64,000 nucleotides of DNA from Fidelibacterota bacterium (GTDB taxonomy: Bacteria > Fidelibacterota > UBA8477 > JABMPR01), in the NCBI GenBank assembly GCA_018650445.1, contig JABIFX010000214.1:2174-66173 (forward strand). Direction: 5' to 3'. Of this stretch, positions 18,915 through 29,000 are shown piece by piece. The first letter of the stretch is position 1. The number at the start of each line of letters is the position of its first letter. The position numbers were made by a program, and so were the translations under genes. The notes below the pieces were generated by a model. It saw nothing but the letters and a program-made list of their open reading frames with translations. It searched no databases and was not told the origin of the DNA.

Positions 18915-19496
18915 TTATTGACTTACCACTACTTTTGCGGCTCTAAGCACACGGTCGCCCGATTTGTAGCCCTTTTCAAAGACCTGAATGATGATACCGG
19001 AATCATATTCCTCAGATGGTTGCATGGCCATCGCCTCATGTAGTTCAGGATCGAAAGTCTCTCCCGTAGGATCGTAGGCCTCAACATCGTCAGTATCTTT
19101 CAAATATTTTTGAATCTGATCTAAAACCAGAGTAATTCCTTTGGATGAAGCTTCTGCATCGGTCTCATCCTTCTCATATTGGGCAGATCGCTCAAGATTA
19201 TCAATAATTGGGAAGAGTCCCATGAGTACACGATCCTTGGCAAAGGTTAAGGAACGTTCCTTCTCTCTCTCAACTCTTTTTTTCCCATTCTCGTATTCGG
19301 CAACCACGCGTAGCATTTTTTCTTCTGCTGCTTGCACGCGTAGTTGTTGATCAACAAGTTCATCCGTGAGTTGATCTACCGTTTCTTCGAGTTTGTCAAT
19401 CTTTTTGGTGAGTGCTTTCTCTTTAGTACTTAGCTTAGGCTTAGGAGCGGCCTTCTTTGGCTTCGTCTTCTTCTTCTTTGTTGTTTTATCAGTCAT
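18915..19496 (-). CDS. grpE: Nucleotide exchange factor GrpE
   Basis: Coiled-coil N-terminus, then RVQAAEEKMLRVVAEYENGKKRVERE and a C-terminal beta domain (VFEKGYKSGDRVLRAAKVVV). Confidence 0.9.
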   Translation of the reverse strand: MTDKTTKKKKTKPKKAAPKPKLSTKEKALTKKIDKLEETVDQLTDELVDQQLRVQAAEEKMLRVVAEYENGKKRVEREKERSLTFAKDRVLMGLFPIIDNLERSAQYEKDETDAEASSKGITLVLDQIQKYLKDTDDVEAYDPTGETFDPELHEAMAMQPSEEYDSGIIIQVFEKGYKSGDRVLRAAKVVVSQ

Positions 19497-19497
19497 T

Positions 19498-20553
19498 TCA
19501 CTTTGTGTATTTTGTGTTAATTAATGTTTCAATTTTATCTGCAGTAAATTCTGCAAGTCCAATGATCCGTTCATATTCCATGCGTGTGGGACCTAAAATA
19601 TGAATCTCACCACTACAATTATTACCCTTATAGGCAATTGAGATAAGTGACATATTCTGAAAGAATGTCTGTCCTAATTCACCACCGATAAAGACGCTAG
19701 GTTTCCCGTTGTATAATGGAGCAGGTAAGTATCTCTGGAGAGTATCAGTCTCAATAGCTTCCAATAGAAATTCTAATTTTGCAGGTTCTGCAATTTCAGG
19801 ATAGTGTAATAGCTGGTGTGTACCGTAAGTCCTATAATCATGGTTGGTATTGGAATCCAGCACGGTATTAAAACTCTTTAAAATCTGATCAATGATGGGA
19901 TTTTTACGCACTGACTCATCGGCTCCCTGTTCAACCTGTAGTTGAACTTCATCAATCTCGCGACCAGCGAATAAATCATTCAGAATATTTTCAGCTTCCT
20001 GCATCATGATCCGGGAGAGCTTACTTTCCAATTCGAAGGCAACCGTTTTGACCTGCTCAAGCGACATATGCACAATAAGCAGAACTGAATCTTTGTCCAG
20101 CTCATGCAGGGCAATTGATCTAATCCGAGTTGCCCGTTCCTGAGGACGTGACATCAGTACGAGTGCGTGGGACATATCTCCCAAGAACTGAGCGGTATTC
20201 TTGATCAATCTATCAAGATCTCTACTGAGATTATCCAGGCCAGATTCATAATCTTTGGTGACATGCTGTTCTGGCTGGCCAGGCTCCATAAGCCTATCTA
20301 CAAAGTATCGGTAGCCCTTATCAGTAGGAATACGTCCAGCAGATGTATGAGGCTGTAATAAATAGCCCCCTACTTCAAGATCACTCAAAACATGACGAAG
20401 TGTTGCTGAACCCACTTTAAAATAATCCATGGCGACCAGACGTGAAGAGCCTACTGGGTGGCCGTTTACGGCATAATCCCTTACCAGCCATTTAAGGACT
20501 TTTTCTTCTCGTTCTTTGAGTTCCAGAAGCGCTTGTCTAGTCATTCGATTCAT
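19498..20553 (-). CDS. hrcA: Heat-inducible transcription repressor HrcA
   Basis: N-terminal winged helix (LKWLVRDYAVNGHPVGSSRL), 351 aa, located upstream of grpE-dnaJ. Confidence 0.9.
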   Translation of the reverse strand: MNRMTRQALLELKEREEKVLKWLVRDYAVNGHPVGSSRLVAMDYFKVGSATLRHVLSDLEVGGYLLQPHTSAGRIPTDKGYRYFVDRLMEPGQPEQHVTKDYESGLDNLSRDLDRLIKNTAQFLGDMSHALVLMSRPQERATRIRSIALHELDKDSVLLIVHMSLEQVKTVAFELESKLSRIMMQEAENILNDLFAGREIDEVQLQVEQGADESVRKNPIIDQILKSFNTVLDSNTNHDYRTYGTHQLLHYPEIAEPAKLEFLLEAIETDTLQRYLPAPLYNGKPSVFIGGELGQTFFQNMSLISIAYKGNNCSGEIHILGPTRMEYERIIGLAEFTADKIETLINTKYTK

Positions 20554-20661
20554 AACCGAACATAATAATTTTCGGTCCTAATTAATACAACATTTTAAAT
20601 GTGTAAAGAGTTGGTATATAAGGCTTGGAAGGATTTGCTTATTAATCAAGAATCGGTGAAT

Positions 20662-21534
20662 TTAGGCAACGAAGCGGAGCATTTTTCTGACCGCTTTTAA
20701 AACGCCTAATGAGGAAAGGCTAACTCCAAATAGAATAAGACCCAAAATCAGTTCTGGATGATCCATTATCTTTACAGGTAGATCGAGATGGATGTAATAT
20801 TTGATGCCGTATTCTGCCAGAATGATCAGGAGTACAGACAGAGATGCTCCAAGGAAACCGAGAATTCCACCTTCGAGAAAGAAAGGTGCTTTAACCAGGA
20901 AATCACTGGCACCTAGAAGTCGCACTGTTTCTATAAATTCGTATCTAGCCAGTATCATCAAGCGAAGATTGCTTGCGGTGAGAAAGACTGTGGATAAAAT
21001 AATTAGAAATAAGGTGATGGTTGCCACGGTGTAAACCAGTTGCATAATACCCTGGACCCGGTTGAAAAGATCCTTCTTAAATATGACTTCATCCACCCCA
21101 TCCAATTCATTCATGTTCTGAATAAATGACAAAATATAGTCGGCAGAACGGTGATCTTCTTCAAAGGTGATACGAAATGAGCTGGGCAATGGATTATCAT
21201 CCAGTAGGGAAAGCACATCTTCACCAAACTCGGCATTATAGAGGGCCGCTGCATCTTCCTTTGACAAGTAATCCATCCTGAAAATACCTGGATAATCCTT
21301 AACGATGGCTGCCAATTCATGTTTTTGATATGCAGTCGCTTCATTTTCCAAAAATATCTCAAGATCATAATCTGCCTGAAATTCACCGAGAAATTGTAAG
21401 CTATTGTCAACGGCCAACACGCCCAGACCGACAACCAGTAGTGCAATCGTTACTGAGAAAACAGATATCATAAAAGGCATACGGGATCGTTTGATGCCAA
21501 TAATCCCCTCTCTGATGATATAGCTTAATTTCAT
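20662..21534 (-). CDS. ftsX: Cell-division ABC transporter permease FtsX
   Basis: 290 aa with 4 TM and a periplasmic loop. It overlaps the ftsE stop (ATGA type). Confidence 0.85.
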   Translation of the reverse strand: MKLSYIIREGIIGIKRSRMPFMISVFSVTIALLVVGLGVLAVDNSLQFLGEFQADYDLEIFLENEATAYQKHELAAIVKDYPGIFRMDYLSKEDAAALYNAEFGEDVLSLLDDNPLPSSFRITFEEDHRSADYILSFIQNMNELDGVDEVIFKKDLFNRVQGIMQLVYTVATITLFLIILSTVFLTASNLRLMILARYEFIETVRLLGASDFLVKAPFFLEGGILGFLGASLSVLLIILAEYGIKYYIHLDLPVKIMDHPELILGLILFGVSLSSLGVLKAVRKMLRFVA

Positions 21535-22193
21535 AATTGCCTGTCCTTCACTACCTCACCTGAGACCAGTGTCATGACCCTGGCCGGATCTTTTTTGATG
21601 AGGGATTTATTATGAGTAGCAAAAATGACGCTGGTTCCAGCCTCATGAATTTCCCAGATATACTTAAGAACCTCGGCCGCAGCTTTTTCATCGAGGTGTG
21701 CGATGGGTTCATCTGCCAGCAAAATGTCTGGAGCATTTACCATTGCGCGGGCCAGAGCGACCCTTTGCTGCTCACCGGCAGATAGTTCATGGGGATAATG
21801 TGATAATCTCGAGCGAATACCAAGCTGATCTGCTTTTAGTGTAACTTTACTCCGAACCACGTCAGCCTTGATACCTTGAAGCTCAAGAGGAAGTGCAATA
21901 TTGGAATAGATATCTCTATCTGACAAGAGATAGAAATCCTGGAATACCATACCTATCCTCTGGCGAATCTTTGCAATGTCTCTTCTTTTAATATTGCTGG
22001 AATCAGAACCCAGGACATCAACCGTTCCAGTATTGGGAAAGAGATCCATGTAAATCATTTTTAGTATGGAGGACTTGCCACTTCCTGAATCTCCATAGAG
22101 ATATACAAATTCATCCTTATCGATTGTAAAATCCAGATCCCGTAGTGATATGCCAGTATCGTATCTCAGGAATACGTTTTCGAATCGAATCAT
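21531..22193 (-). CDS. ftsE: Cell-division ABC transporter ATPase FtsE
   Basis: Walker A GDSGSGKSS, signature LSAGEQQRVALARA and Walker B ILLADEP. Confidence 0.85.
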   Translation of the reverse strand: MIRFENVFLRYDTGISLRDLDFTIDKDEFVYLYGDSGSGKSSILKMIYMDLFPNTGTVDVLGSDSSNIKRRDIAKIRQRIGMVFQDFYLLSDRDIYSNIALPLELQGIKADVVRSKVTLKADQLGIRSRLSHYPHELSAGEQQRVALARAMVNAPDILLADEPIAHLDEKAAAEVLKYIWEIHEAGTSVIFATHNKSLIKKDPARVMTLVSGEVVKDRQL

Positions 22194-22954
22194 GCACTTT
22201 TCCTTAGCATGACTATAAAGCGCTCCGTTTTAGAAGTTGTCTGCTCCAAAGTTTCATCATCTAGAATCTGCCACCCTTCAAAATCAGAGGATTCACAGAA
22301 CCCTTCCACATCTGTTTGTTCGTATGCTTTTTGAATATGCGATTCAACATCAACAGTATCTGATTTATCCGTTTTCAAAGTGAACACTGACTCCGCTAGT
22401 CGGGAATTGGGATCATAATTTGTGTATCTCTCGTAACCACCTCGTTCATCGTTGAATATCTCACGATACCCACGGAAATGAGTTTGACATAATAAAGGTG
22501 TAACCACATCGAAAAGTAAAATACCACCAGGTTTAAGAAGTGCATAAGTATTTTTAAGGAATAGCTCAATATCAGAGGTCTCAAGTAGATAGTTCAGACC
22601 ATCATGCAAGTTAATGATAACATCAAATTCTTTTTTTGATGAATAATTGACCATATTTCCAATACTGAAATCGATATTGAGCTTTTCTGTCAGGGCTTTA
22701 TCACGCGCAATATCAATCATATGCTCACTCAGGTCAACCGCAGTCATATCGATACCGAGATGTGCAAGTCTGAGGGCCATAGAGCCGGTACCACAGGAAA
22801 TATCCAGCCATGTTTTGCCAGGTTCATATGGTGCCACCAGGGCTTCAATGTCTTCTACCCAGATGTCATAGTCAATATAGTCCATGAGAAGGTCATAATA
22901 TGCAGCGAGACGTTGGTATGGTTGAATCTTCTGTATATTCTGCTTGTCAAGCAT
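22190..22954 (-). CDS. Class I SAM-dependent methyltransferase
   Basis: WLDISCGTGSMALRLA motif I. The start is moved to ATG 22954 to avoid overlap with the upstream gene ending at 22971. Confidence 0.75.
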   Translation of the reverse strand: MLDKQNIQKIQPYQRLAAYYDLLMDYIDYDIWVEDIEALVAPYEPGKTWLDISCGTGSMALRLAHLGIDMTAVDLSEHMIDIARDKALTEKLNIDFSIGNMVNYSSKKEFDVIINLHDGLNYLLETSDIELFLKNTYALLKPGGILLFDVVTPLLCQTHFRGYREIFNDERGGYERYTNYDPNSRLAESVFTLKTDKSDTVDVESHIQKAYEQTDVEGFCESSDFEGWQILDDETLEQTTSKTERFIVMLRKSA

Positions 22955-22970
22955 GGGGCTCAGTTTCCTA

Positions 22971-23960
22971 TCAGGAGCGGCCGTAGAAAAGGTAGACATA
23001 GAAACCAAAATAACCGAGAACTAGAATGGTGCCAGTAAGACGACCGATTTTATGGCGAAGTCCAAGTGGAATAAGGACCAGCCCAAACATCATCATGATG
23101 ATGTATTGAGCATGGGGAAATAATTTTACTACCTCGCCGGCAATAGTCCGACTCTCAAGGACATCAAGTGGTTTAATAAATCCCACCCCGCCCATAATAA
23201 AGAGGATATTAAAAATATTGCTGCCGATAATATTTCCAACTGAGATTTCACCATGTTTCCTGAAAGCAGCCACCAGAGAGGTGGCTAGTTCCGGTAAACT
23301 GGTTCCAACGGCGACAATGGTTAACCCGATGACCATCTTTGGAATATCAAATTCCTCGGCAATCCAGACAGCACTCTTTACAAAGAGCCAGGCCCCCACA
23401 GAAAGTGCAATACTTCCAGCAAGAACCAGTTGAAGATTTTTGGCCTTACTTTTAAATTCTCCTTCAGTCTCCTCGATGGGTATTTCACCAGGATGTCGAT
23501 ATAAATAGAAGATATAACCAACTAGAACGAGGACCATAATCAATCCATCAATTCGAGAAACCGATCCATCCAGTGAAAGTCCGTAGAGTAGTAGACTGAT
23601 GCCGAATAAGAAGATGAGTCCTTTATAGGTTTGCTTGAAATGAATTGTAATGGGAAATATCAAGCCACTGACCCCCAGAATCAATCCAATGTTGGTCACA
23701 TTGCTTCCAATAATATTACCAATAGCTATCGTGGATGAGTTTTCAAAAACATTGGCGATTAAACTGACCACAAACTCTGGCATGGAAGTACCAAACGCCA
23801 CGATGGAAAGCCCAACAATAAGTGGCTTAACTCCCATCTGTTTAGCGAACTGACTACCCCCTCTTACAAGCCATTCCGCTCCAAAAAAGAGCAAAGCAGC
23901 ACTGAATGCGATGACAATACTATTGCCACCCATACCGATTGAAGCAATCAGGTTACCCAT
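22971..23960 (-). CDS. Ca2+/Na+ antiporter (CaCA family, YrbG-like)
   Basis: Two alpha-repeats (GTSMPEFVVSL and GTSLPELATSL) and 10 hydrophobic helices. Confidence 0.85.
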   Translation of the reverse strand: MGNLIASIGMGGNSIVIAFSAALLFFGAEWLVRGGSQFAKQMGVKPLIVGLSIVAFGTSMPEFVVSLIANVFENSSTIAIGNIIGSNVTNIGLILGVSGLIFPITIHFKQTYKGLIFLFGISLLLYGLSLDGSVSRIDGLIMVLVLVGYIFYLYRHPGEIPIEETEGEFKSKAKNLQLVLAGSIALSVGAWLFVKSAVWIAEEFDIPKMVIGLTIVAVGTSLPELATSLVAAFRKHGEISVGNIIGSNIFNILFIMGGVGFIKPLDVLESRTIAGEVVKLFPHAQYIIMMMFGLVLIPLGLRHKIGRLTGTILVLGYFGFYVYLFYGRS

Positions 23961-24553
23961 TACTCTGATCCATAAAGTTTGAAATTTTGAATGTATTCTG
24001 AAACAACTGTTGGAACATAAAAGCGAGTCATACGGTCTGCATGAAACCGATCTCTTATTTCTGTGCTACTTATTTCCATTCGAGGTAAATTTAAGAACTG
24101 AACTCTGTCAATAATATCAGCATCAATATCAGATTTTTCAAATCTGGGTCGTCGGGCCACAATGACCTGACTTTCGTTAAGAATGTCCTCCCAGTCCTTC
24201 CAGGATTTAAACTTGGCCAGACTGTCGCTACCAATCAAAAAGTGCAAATCACTGGAGGAAATATTCTTTTCCTTTTTCATCTCACGGATCGTATCGATGG
24301 TATAGGACACACCTCCACGCACGATTTCAATATCAGAATACTCAAATTGAGAAATATCATCGATGCATAGCTTCAACATGGCAATTCTGTGTTCAACTGG
24401 TGTAACTGGTTTGATCTCAAACTTATGAGGAGGTCTGTAGGCTGGAATGAATACAATTTTATTCAAATCCAGGGATTCTCTAATCGCCTCAGCAATGATA
24501 AAATGTGCATTGTGCGGTGGATCGAACGTACCGCCAAAGAGACAGACCTTCAA
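23960..24553 (-). CDS. nadD: Nicotinate-nucleotide adenylyltransferase
   Basis: LKVCLFGGTFDPPHNAH. TTG 24553 gives the canonical N-terminus and lies 11 nt after the bamD stop. The track ATG 24604 would overlap bamD by 41 nt. Confidence 0.85.
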   Translation of the reverse strand: MKVCLFGGTFDPPHNAHFIIAEAIRESLDLNKIVFIPAYRPPHKFEIKPVTPVEHRIAMLKLCIDDISQFEYSDIEIVRGGVSYTIDTIREMKKEKNISSSDLHFLIGSDSLAKFKSWKDWEDILNESQVIVARRPRFEKSDIDADIIDRVQFLNLPRMEISSTEIRDRFHADRMTRFYVPTVVSEYIQNFKLYGSE

Positions 24554-24563
24554 GAGTTTGAAC

Positions 24564-25361
24564 TCACTTCTTTGGGGATTCGGTTTCTGCGACCACTTGT
24601 TCACCCAAGCTACGCATTCTCAGTATCTCCTTGGGAGTAAGGTCATTTTTACCATTAAGCGCAATGGAGTTCATCAATTCTCTGGCTTCAGACCAGCGGC
24701 CGAGAGCAACCATATCTCCGGCTTTACCCAGTCGGGCAGATGCATATAAACCAGTATCTCCATAGTCGCTGATGACATTGTCATAGTAATATATCGCCGA
24801 TTCATACTCGCGTAGTGTATCATATAGTCTGGCACTTTCCAGCAGTTTCCTGGCTAGTTTTTCGCGCATTTCCATGATCCGGGTTTGAGCCTGTTCAGAA
24901 TACTTACTATCTGGATAAATATCTACAAAATCATACAGAAATCTTAAGGCTTTATCGGTCATATCTCGCTCCAAACGGTAATCAGGAGATAATTCACAGT
25001 AGGATTCTGTTTTTTTCCAGAAGGCATCCTCTACAAAGCTTGAATTTTTCATTCGACGAATAAGTCGATCATATTCACTGATTGCCAGGAGATACTCTTC
25101 TCTCTCGAAATAAGTTTCAGCAAGTTGAAACTGTGCATCGTCAGCATAAGCGCCACCTGGATCATTATAGATGATGAAGGTGAAAACTTCTTCGGCCTTG
25201 ATATAGTTGTCTTTTTCAAAATATTCGAGACCACGCTGGTAAGTATCGCTAATGTTTGAAGCTTCCAGGTCTTCTTTCCCGCTGGCACAATGCTGCAAGG
25301 ATATTCCCATAATAATAACAGCGGGAATGATAATTCTTTTTCGGGTAGAGCTTTTAATCAA
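24564..25361 (-). CDS. bamD: Outer-membrane assembly lipoprotein BamD (YfiO)-like, TPR
   Basis: Lipobox-like ISLQHC. TPR-like repeats carry the BamD pattern (YQRGLEYFEKDNYIKAEEVF..., DAQFQLAETYFEREEY..., IYPDSKYSEQAQ). Confidence 0.7.
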   Translation of the reverse strand: MIKSSTRKRIIIPAVIIMGISLQHCASGKEDLEASNISDTYQRGLEYFEKDNYIKAEEVFTFIIYNDPGGAYADDAQFQLAETYFEREEYLLAISEYDRLIRRMKNSSFVEDAFWKKTESYCELSPDYRLERDMTDKALRFLYDFVDIYPDSKYSEQAQTRIMEMREKLARKLLESARLYDTLREYESAIYYYDNVISDYGDTGLYASARLGKAGDMVALGRWSEARELMNSIALNGKNDLTPKEILRMRSLGEQVVAETESPKK

Positions 25362-26077
25362 AATGTAACCTCCATCGTGATGCCTCTTGAGACATTCAGC
25401 GGATTAATATAGAATTTTCCATCGAAACTAGTTGATTCAAATGATGTCATATCTGTACCTAGAGCTGCATCAAAAGCACTGATGAGATGATTGACCATGA
25501 TCAGGGTTCCAGCCAACTGTGCATTACGGTACAATTCATTCGAAAGCGTGCGCATTTCAATGTAGGCAAGCTTATTAGGTGTTAAGTCTTCATCATCTTT
25601 TTGAGCAATATCATCCCAACCACAAACGAATTCTGGATATTTGCTGATATTTTCGTAGAAATGATGATCTTTTATTGGTCTGATAATATTATCTGAGTCA
25701 ATATAGGTTTGCATTCCGTGTGTCCTGAGATTGCCGCAAGCAGTCTCACCATTGTCGCTAAACGACCATGTCGTGTAATCCCAATGCTCATCTCCAAACA
25801 ATTTAAACTCTGACTCTTTATCTGCTCCGGCCTGATAATTTGTCTTGTAGCCATAGATGCCTGCTATCTCGGCCGTAACATAGAGAATGCCACGAACTTT
25901 ATTGCCGTTCTCCAGCTGTCCCCACCCGGGAATTAGCATTGATTTTACAAAGTTTTTCAGCATCTGCTTATCTACTTTGAGTTTTGCAGGAGACTGAGGT
26001 GGTTCCTGAGTATACCCTGTTGAGAGGATCAGAAACCCGACAAGAGAGATAAATAATATTTTCTTAAGCTTAGTCAA
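25358..26077 (-). CDS. Hypothetical envelope protein, DUF5683-like (tentative)
   Basis: TTG 26077 gives the signal peptide LTKLKKILFISLVGFLILSTGYTQ. SMLIPGWGQLENGNKVRGILYVTAEIAGIYGY resembles the DUF5683 PG(L/W)GQ motif. The start is uncertain. Confidence 0.4.
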   Translation of the reverse strand: MTKLKKILFISLVGFLILSTGYTQEPPQSPAKLKVDKQMLKNFVKSMLIPGWGQLENGNKVRGILYVTAEIAGIYGYKTNYQAGADKESEFKLFGDEHWDYTTWSFSDNGETACGNLRTHGMQTYIDSDNIIRPIKDHHFYENISKYPEFVCGWDDIAQKDDEDLTPNKLAYIEMRTLSNELYRNAQLAGTLIMVNHLISAFDAALGTDMTSFESTSFDGKFYINPLNVSRGITMEVTF

Positions 26078-29000
26078 AACCAAACAAAACCTTCCAATAA
26101 TAGCGCCATTCCTTACCATATCGAATCACATCACCTGAACTGGTTTCCGAATCCACATCGTCCAGACCATAATATGCACCAAACTCGAATGCAGTCGGGA
26201 AGGCATAATATGAATTGAGAGACAATCTAAGATCAACACCAACATCTCGAACTATTGAGATCTGATCTTTTTCATGGGTCATCCAGGCAGAAAAATCATT
26301 GGGTGTCACAAATTCAGGATCTGCCGACCATACGCCCCCCAATTGTCCATGAAATCCTATATAAAGATCCCGGACTGTGAGGTGAGCTACCCTACTATAG
26401 TTATCCCTAAATAGAGGAAATCTCATGGTTGTTGTGGAAATAATTCGCCGGCTACCCTTCATTGAATAGAATGGGTACCCCTTTAAACCAGGCATTCCCC
26501 CACCAAATTCCCAGAAAAAATCATCGATAGCATTATTATCGATGAGATTAAGCTCAGTTGTATTGGATAGAACAATATTACCAGGCATGGGCAAGAGATA
26601 TCCATAAAACGCTGAAGCATTCAATTTCGTGTAGCGATAGTTCCCGAAGATATTCCCCCAGCGCTCAGTAGATTCATCATAGCCGTAATGATCAAGGAAA
26701 TTGTGATGATTGTCTCTGATGGACAGACTGGCTTTGTAACCTGAAGGATTGATGCCTCGTTCCTGTCTGATATTGATGCGAGACATATCCCATTTGATAC
26801 CCCAGTCCCAACCCTTAAAGTAATCATAGCTAATTCCACCAGCTGGTAAATTCGCAGGTCCCACCGTATGCAAACCGATGGCAGTACGGTAATTGGAAGC
26901 TGAAATGTCGATCTTTAAAGCGTGAATGGGTGGAACTCGTATATCAGCTGATAATACACCCTGTGAGAGACTAAATGTGAGATCACTCTCTGCTGGATAT
27001 ACACCACTATAATAGAGTAATTCTTCATTTGTGTGACGAACCATCTGATAAAATTCAAACGTAAGTGTGGGTAAAAATCCTTTGTACTTAGCTGAAAGAA
27101 ACAAATCCATATCCAGATTAGGCGCAAGACCAAATCCACCAATCATGGAATAATTGCTAATAATCTCATCGGAGAAAAAGTATAAGCCAGGTTTAACGAG
27201 TATATCATTTTTCGACTGATCCATTTCAATTTGCAGACGTGGCAGCAAAAATAAGGGACCCGCACGAAACGTGTATTCTTCTGCAATTAAATCATGCTCA
27301 TGACGTGACCAGGTTGGTTCAATAATTCGGTCCAAAGAAGCACTCACTGGACCGGTTTCGACATGTATCAATTCAGATTCATCAAGTACAGCAATATTGA
27401 AACCCAGACTATCGTAGAGTGAATAATAGAGTTCATTATTATGCCATTCTGCCTGAAATGCCCCACCGATGACATTGGTCACGCGATAATTTGAGGTATC
27501 CCGTAGGTTGTGTTCGTAAATATTAAAGATACCTGTTCTATCATCGCTGTAATAGATGGTTGAATCGTCTTTAAAGACGGGGTTACGCTCATCCCATACG
27601 GCTGTCAGCAGAGGCTGGACAGTCTGATTAGCCAGATCATAGATAGCGATATCACGATTGCTGCCTGAGGTATAGTCAAAAATTACCTGGTCACCACGAG
27701 GTGACCATCTTGGACCATATACTTGAGTACCGGGCTCAAAATAGGTGAGCTGCTGAATACTATCAGGATATTCAGGGAATGCAAAACAGAGGTTATTAGT
27801 ACCATCTCGGAGATTCACAAAGGCAATTTTATCGCCTTGCGGTGACCAGTCCGGGTTTTTAACTCTTTCTCCAAAGGTAATCTGGCGCTCCTCCTTAAGA
27901 CTATCAGGATGAATGATAAAGAGATCTGAAAAGCGGGAACCACTGATGACCAATTGACATTTTTCACAGGTAGAAACTGAATTGGTGGAGACAAACTCAT
28001 TTAATCCATGGCTGCTGTGATTCAAGGTACGAGTTTCCGGTGTGCCGCCGTCATAATACTCTTTCCGGGCATACACAAGATGTGCCGCGTCAGGACTCCA
28101 GTCAAAACCTTCAACGCCTGGGAGTAATTTTTCTGCTTTATCAGAGCTGTCTTTTATAAATAAAGCGGTTCTGGAGAGATAGGTTTCACCTGCACTGGAG
28201 ATATAAGCCATCTTGTCGCCAGTTGAATTGAATCTTGGATAGTGATTCGCGTCTCCCTCACGTTGCACAAAGTGAATGGGGCTGATGGGTTCACCTTCTT
28301 GATATGAAAGAGTATGTCTATCAGCGAGAGAGGTTACCCAGTTGGACCATAAGCGGTTTGCCGGCAATCCCGTCTCTGCCTCCAGAGCTTTATAAAAACC
28401 ATAATTCAATGGTCCGCTGATTCGATCAGTAATACGCTGAATGATATCCTGACCATATTCATGACCGATATAATTGACCAGTCCGAATCCATGATCATAG
28501 ACGCTTTCATTACCAATTCCAACTTTACCAAATGCATCCATCTCATTGAGTGTCAACACGTTATCGTATTTGATTCTATCGCGGAGAATCATATCACGAA
28601 TACTATCCCACCAATCCCATCGAGAGGTATCACTTTGGAATTGGGCAATACCTTCAGCCCACCACATGGGAACTGAAACCGAGGGAATCGGATATGAAGC
28701 GATACCATTGGGATAGCCATATAGAACGTCTTCACGACGTTCAGGTTCATAAGAGATAACCTGCAAATAAGCTGCCGGAACGTTCCCATGCATCTTTCTT
28801 GAGGCGCGGAGACTTATTATATGAGTGAATTCGTGGGTAATCACATCTCTAAGCCAATAGTGCGAACCTCTCAAATTATAATCTAAGGGCATGGCCCATA
28901 TTTCAATCTTGTTGTCGAAATAATAGGCTCCGCCGTTGGCATAATCATCGGTATCCCTGATAATGAGTTGTGTTTTCTCCTCAGGTGCATATTGGTAGAG

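Noticed and set aside
20554-20661. A CIRCE operator upstream of hrcA
   Set aside because: I could find no TTAGCACTC/GAGTGCTAA-like arms. Only a 6-bp inverted repeat (ACCGAA-N10-TTCGGT) is present, too weak to call an operator.
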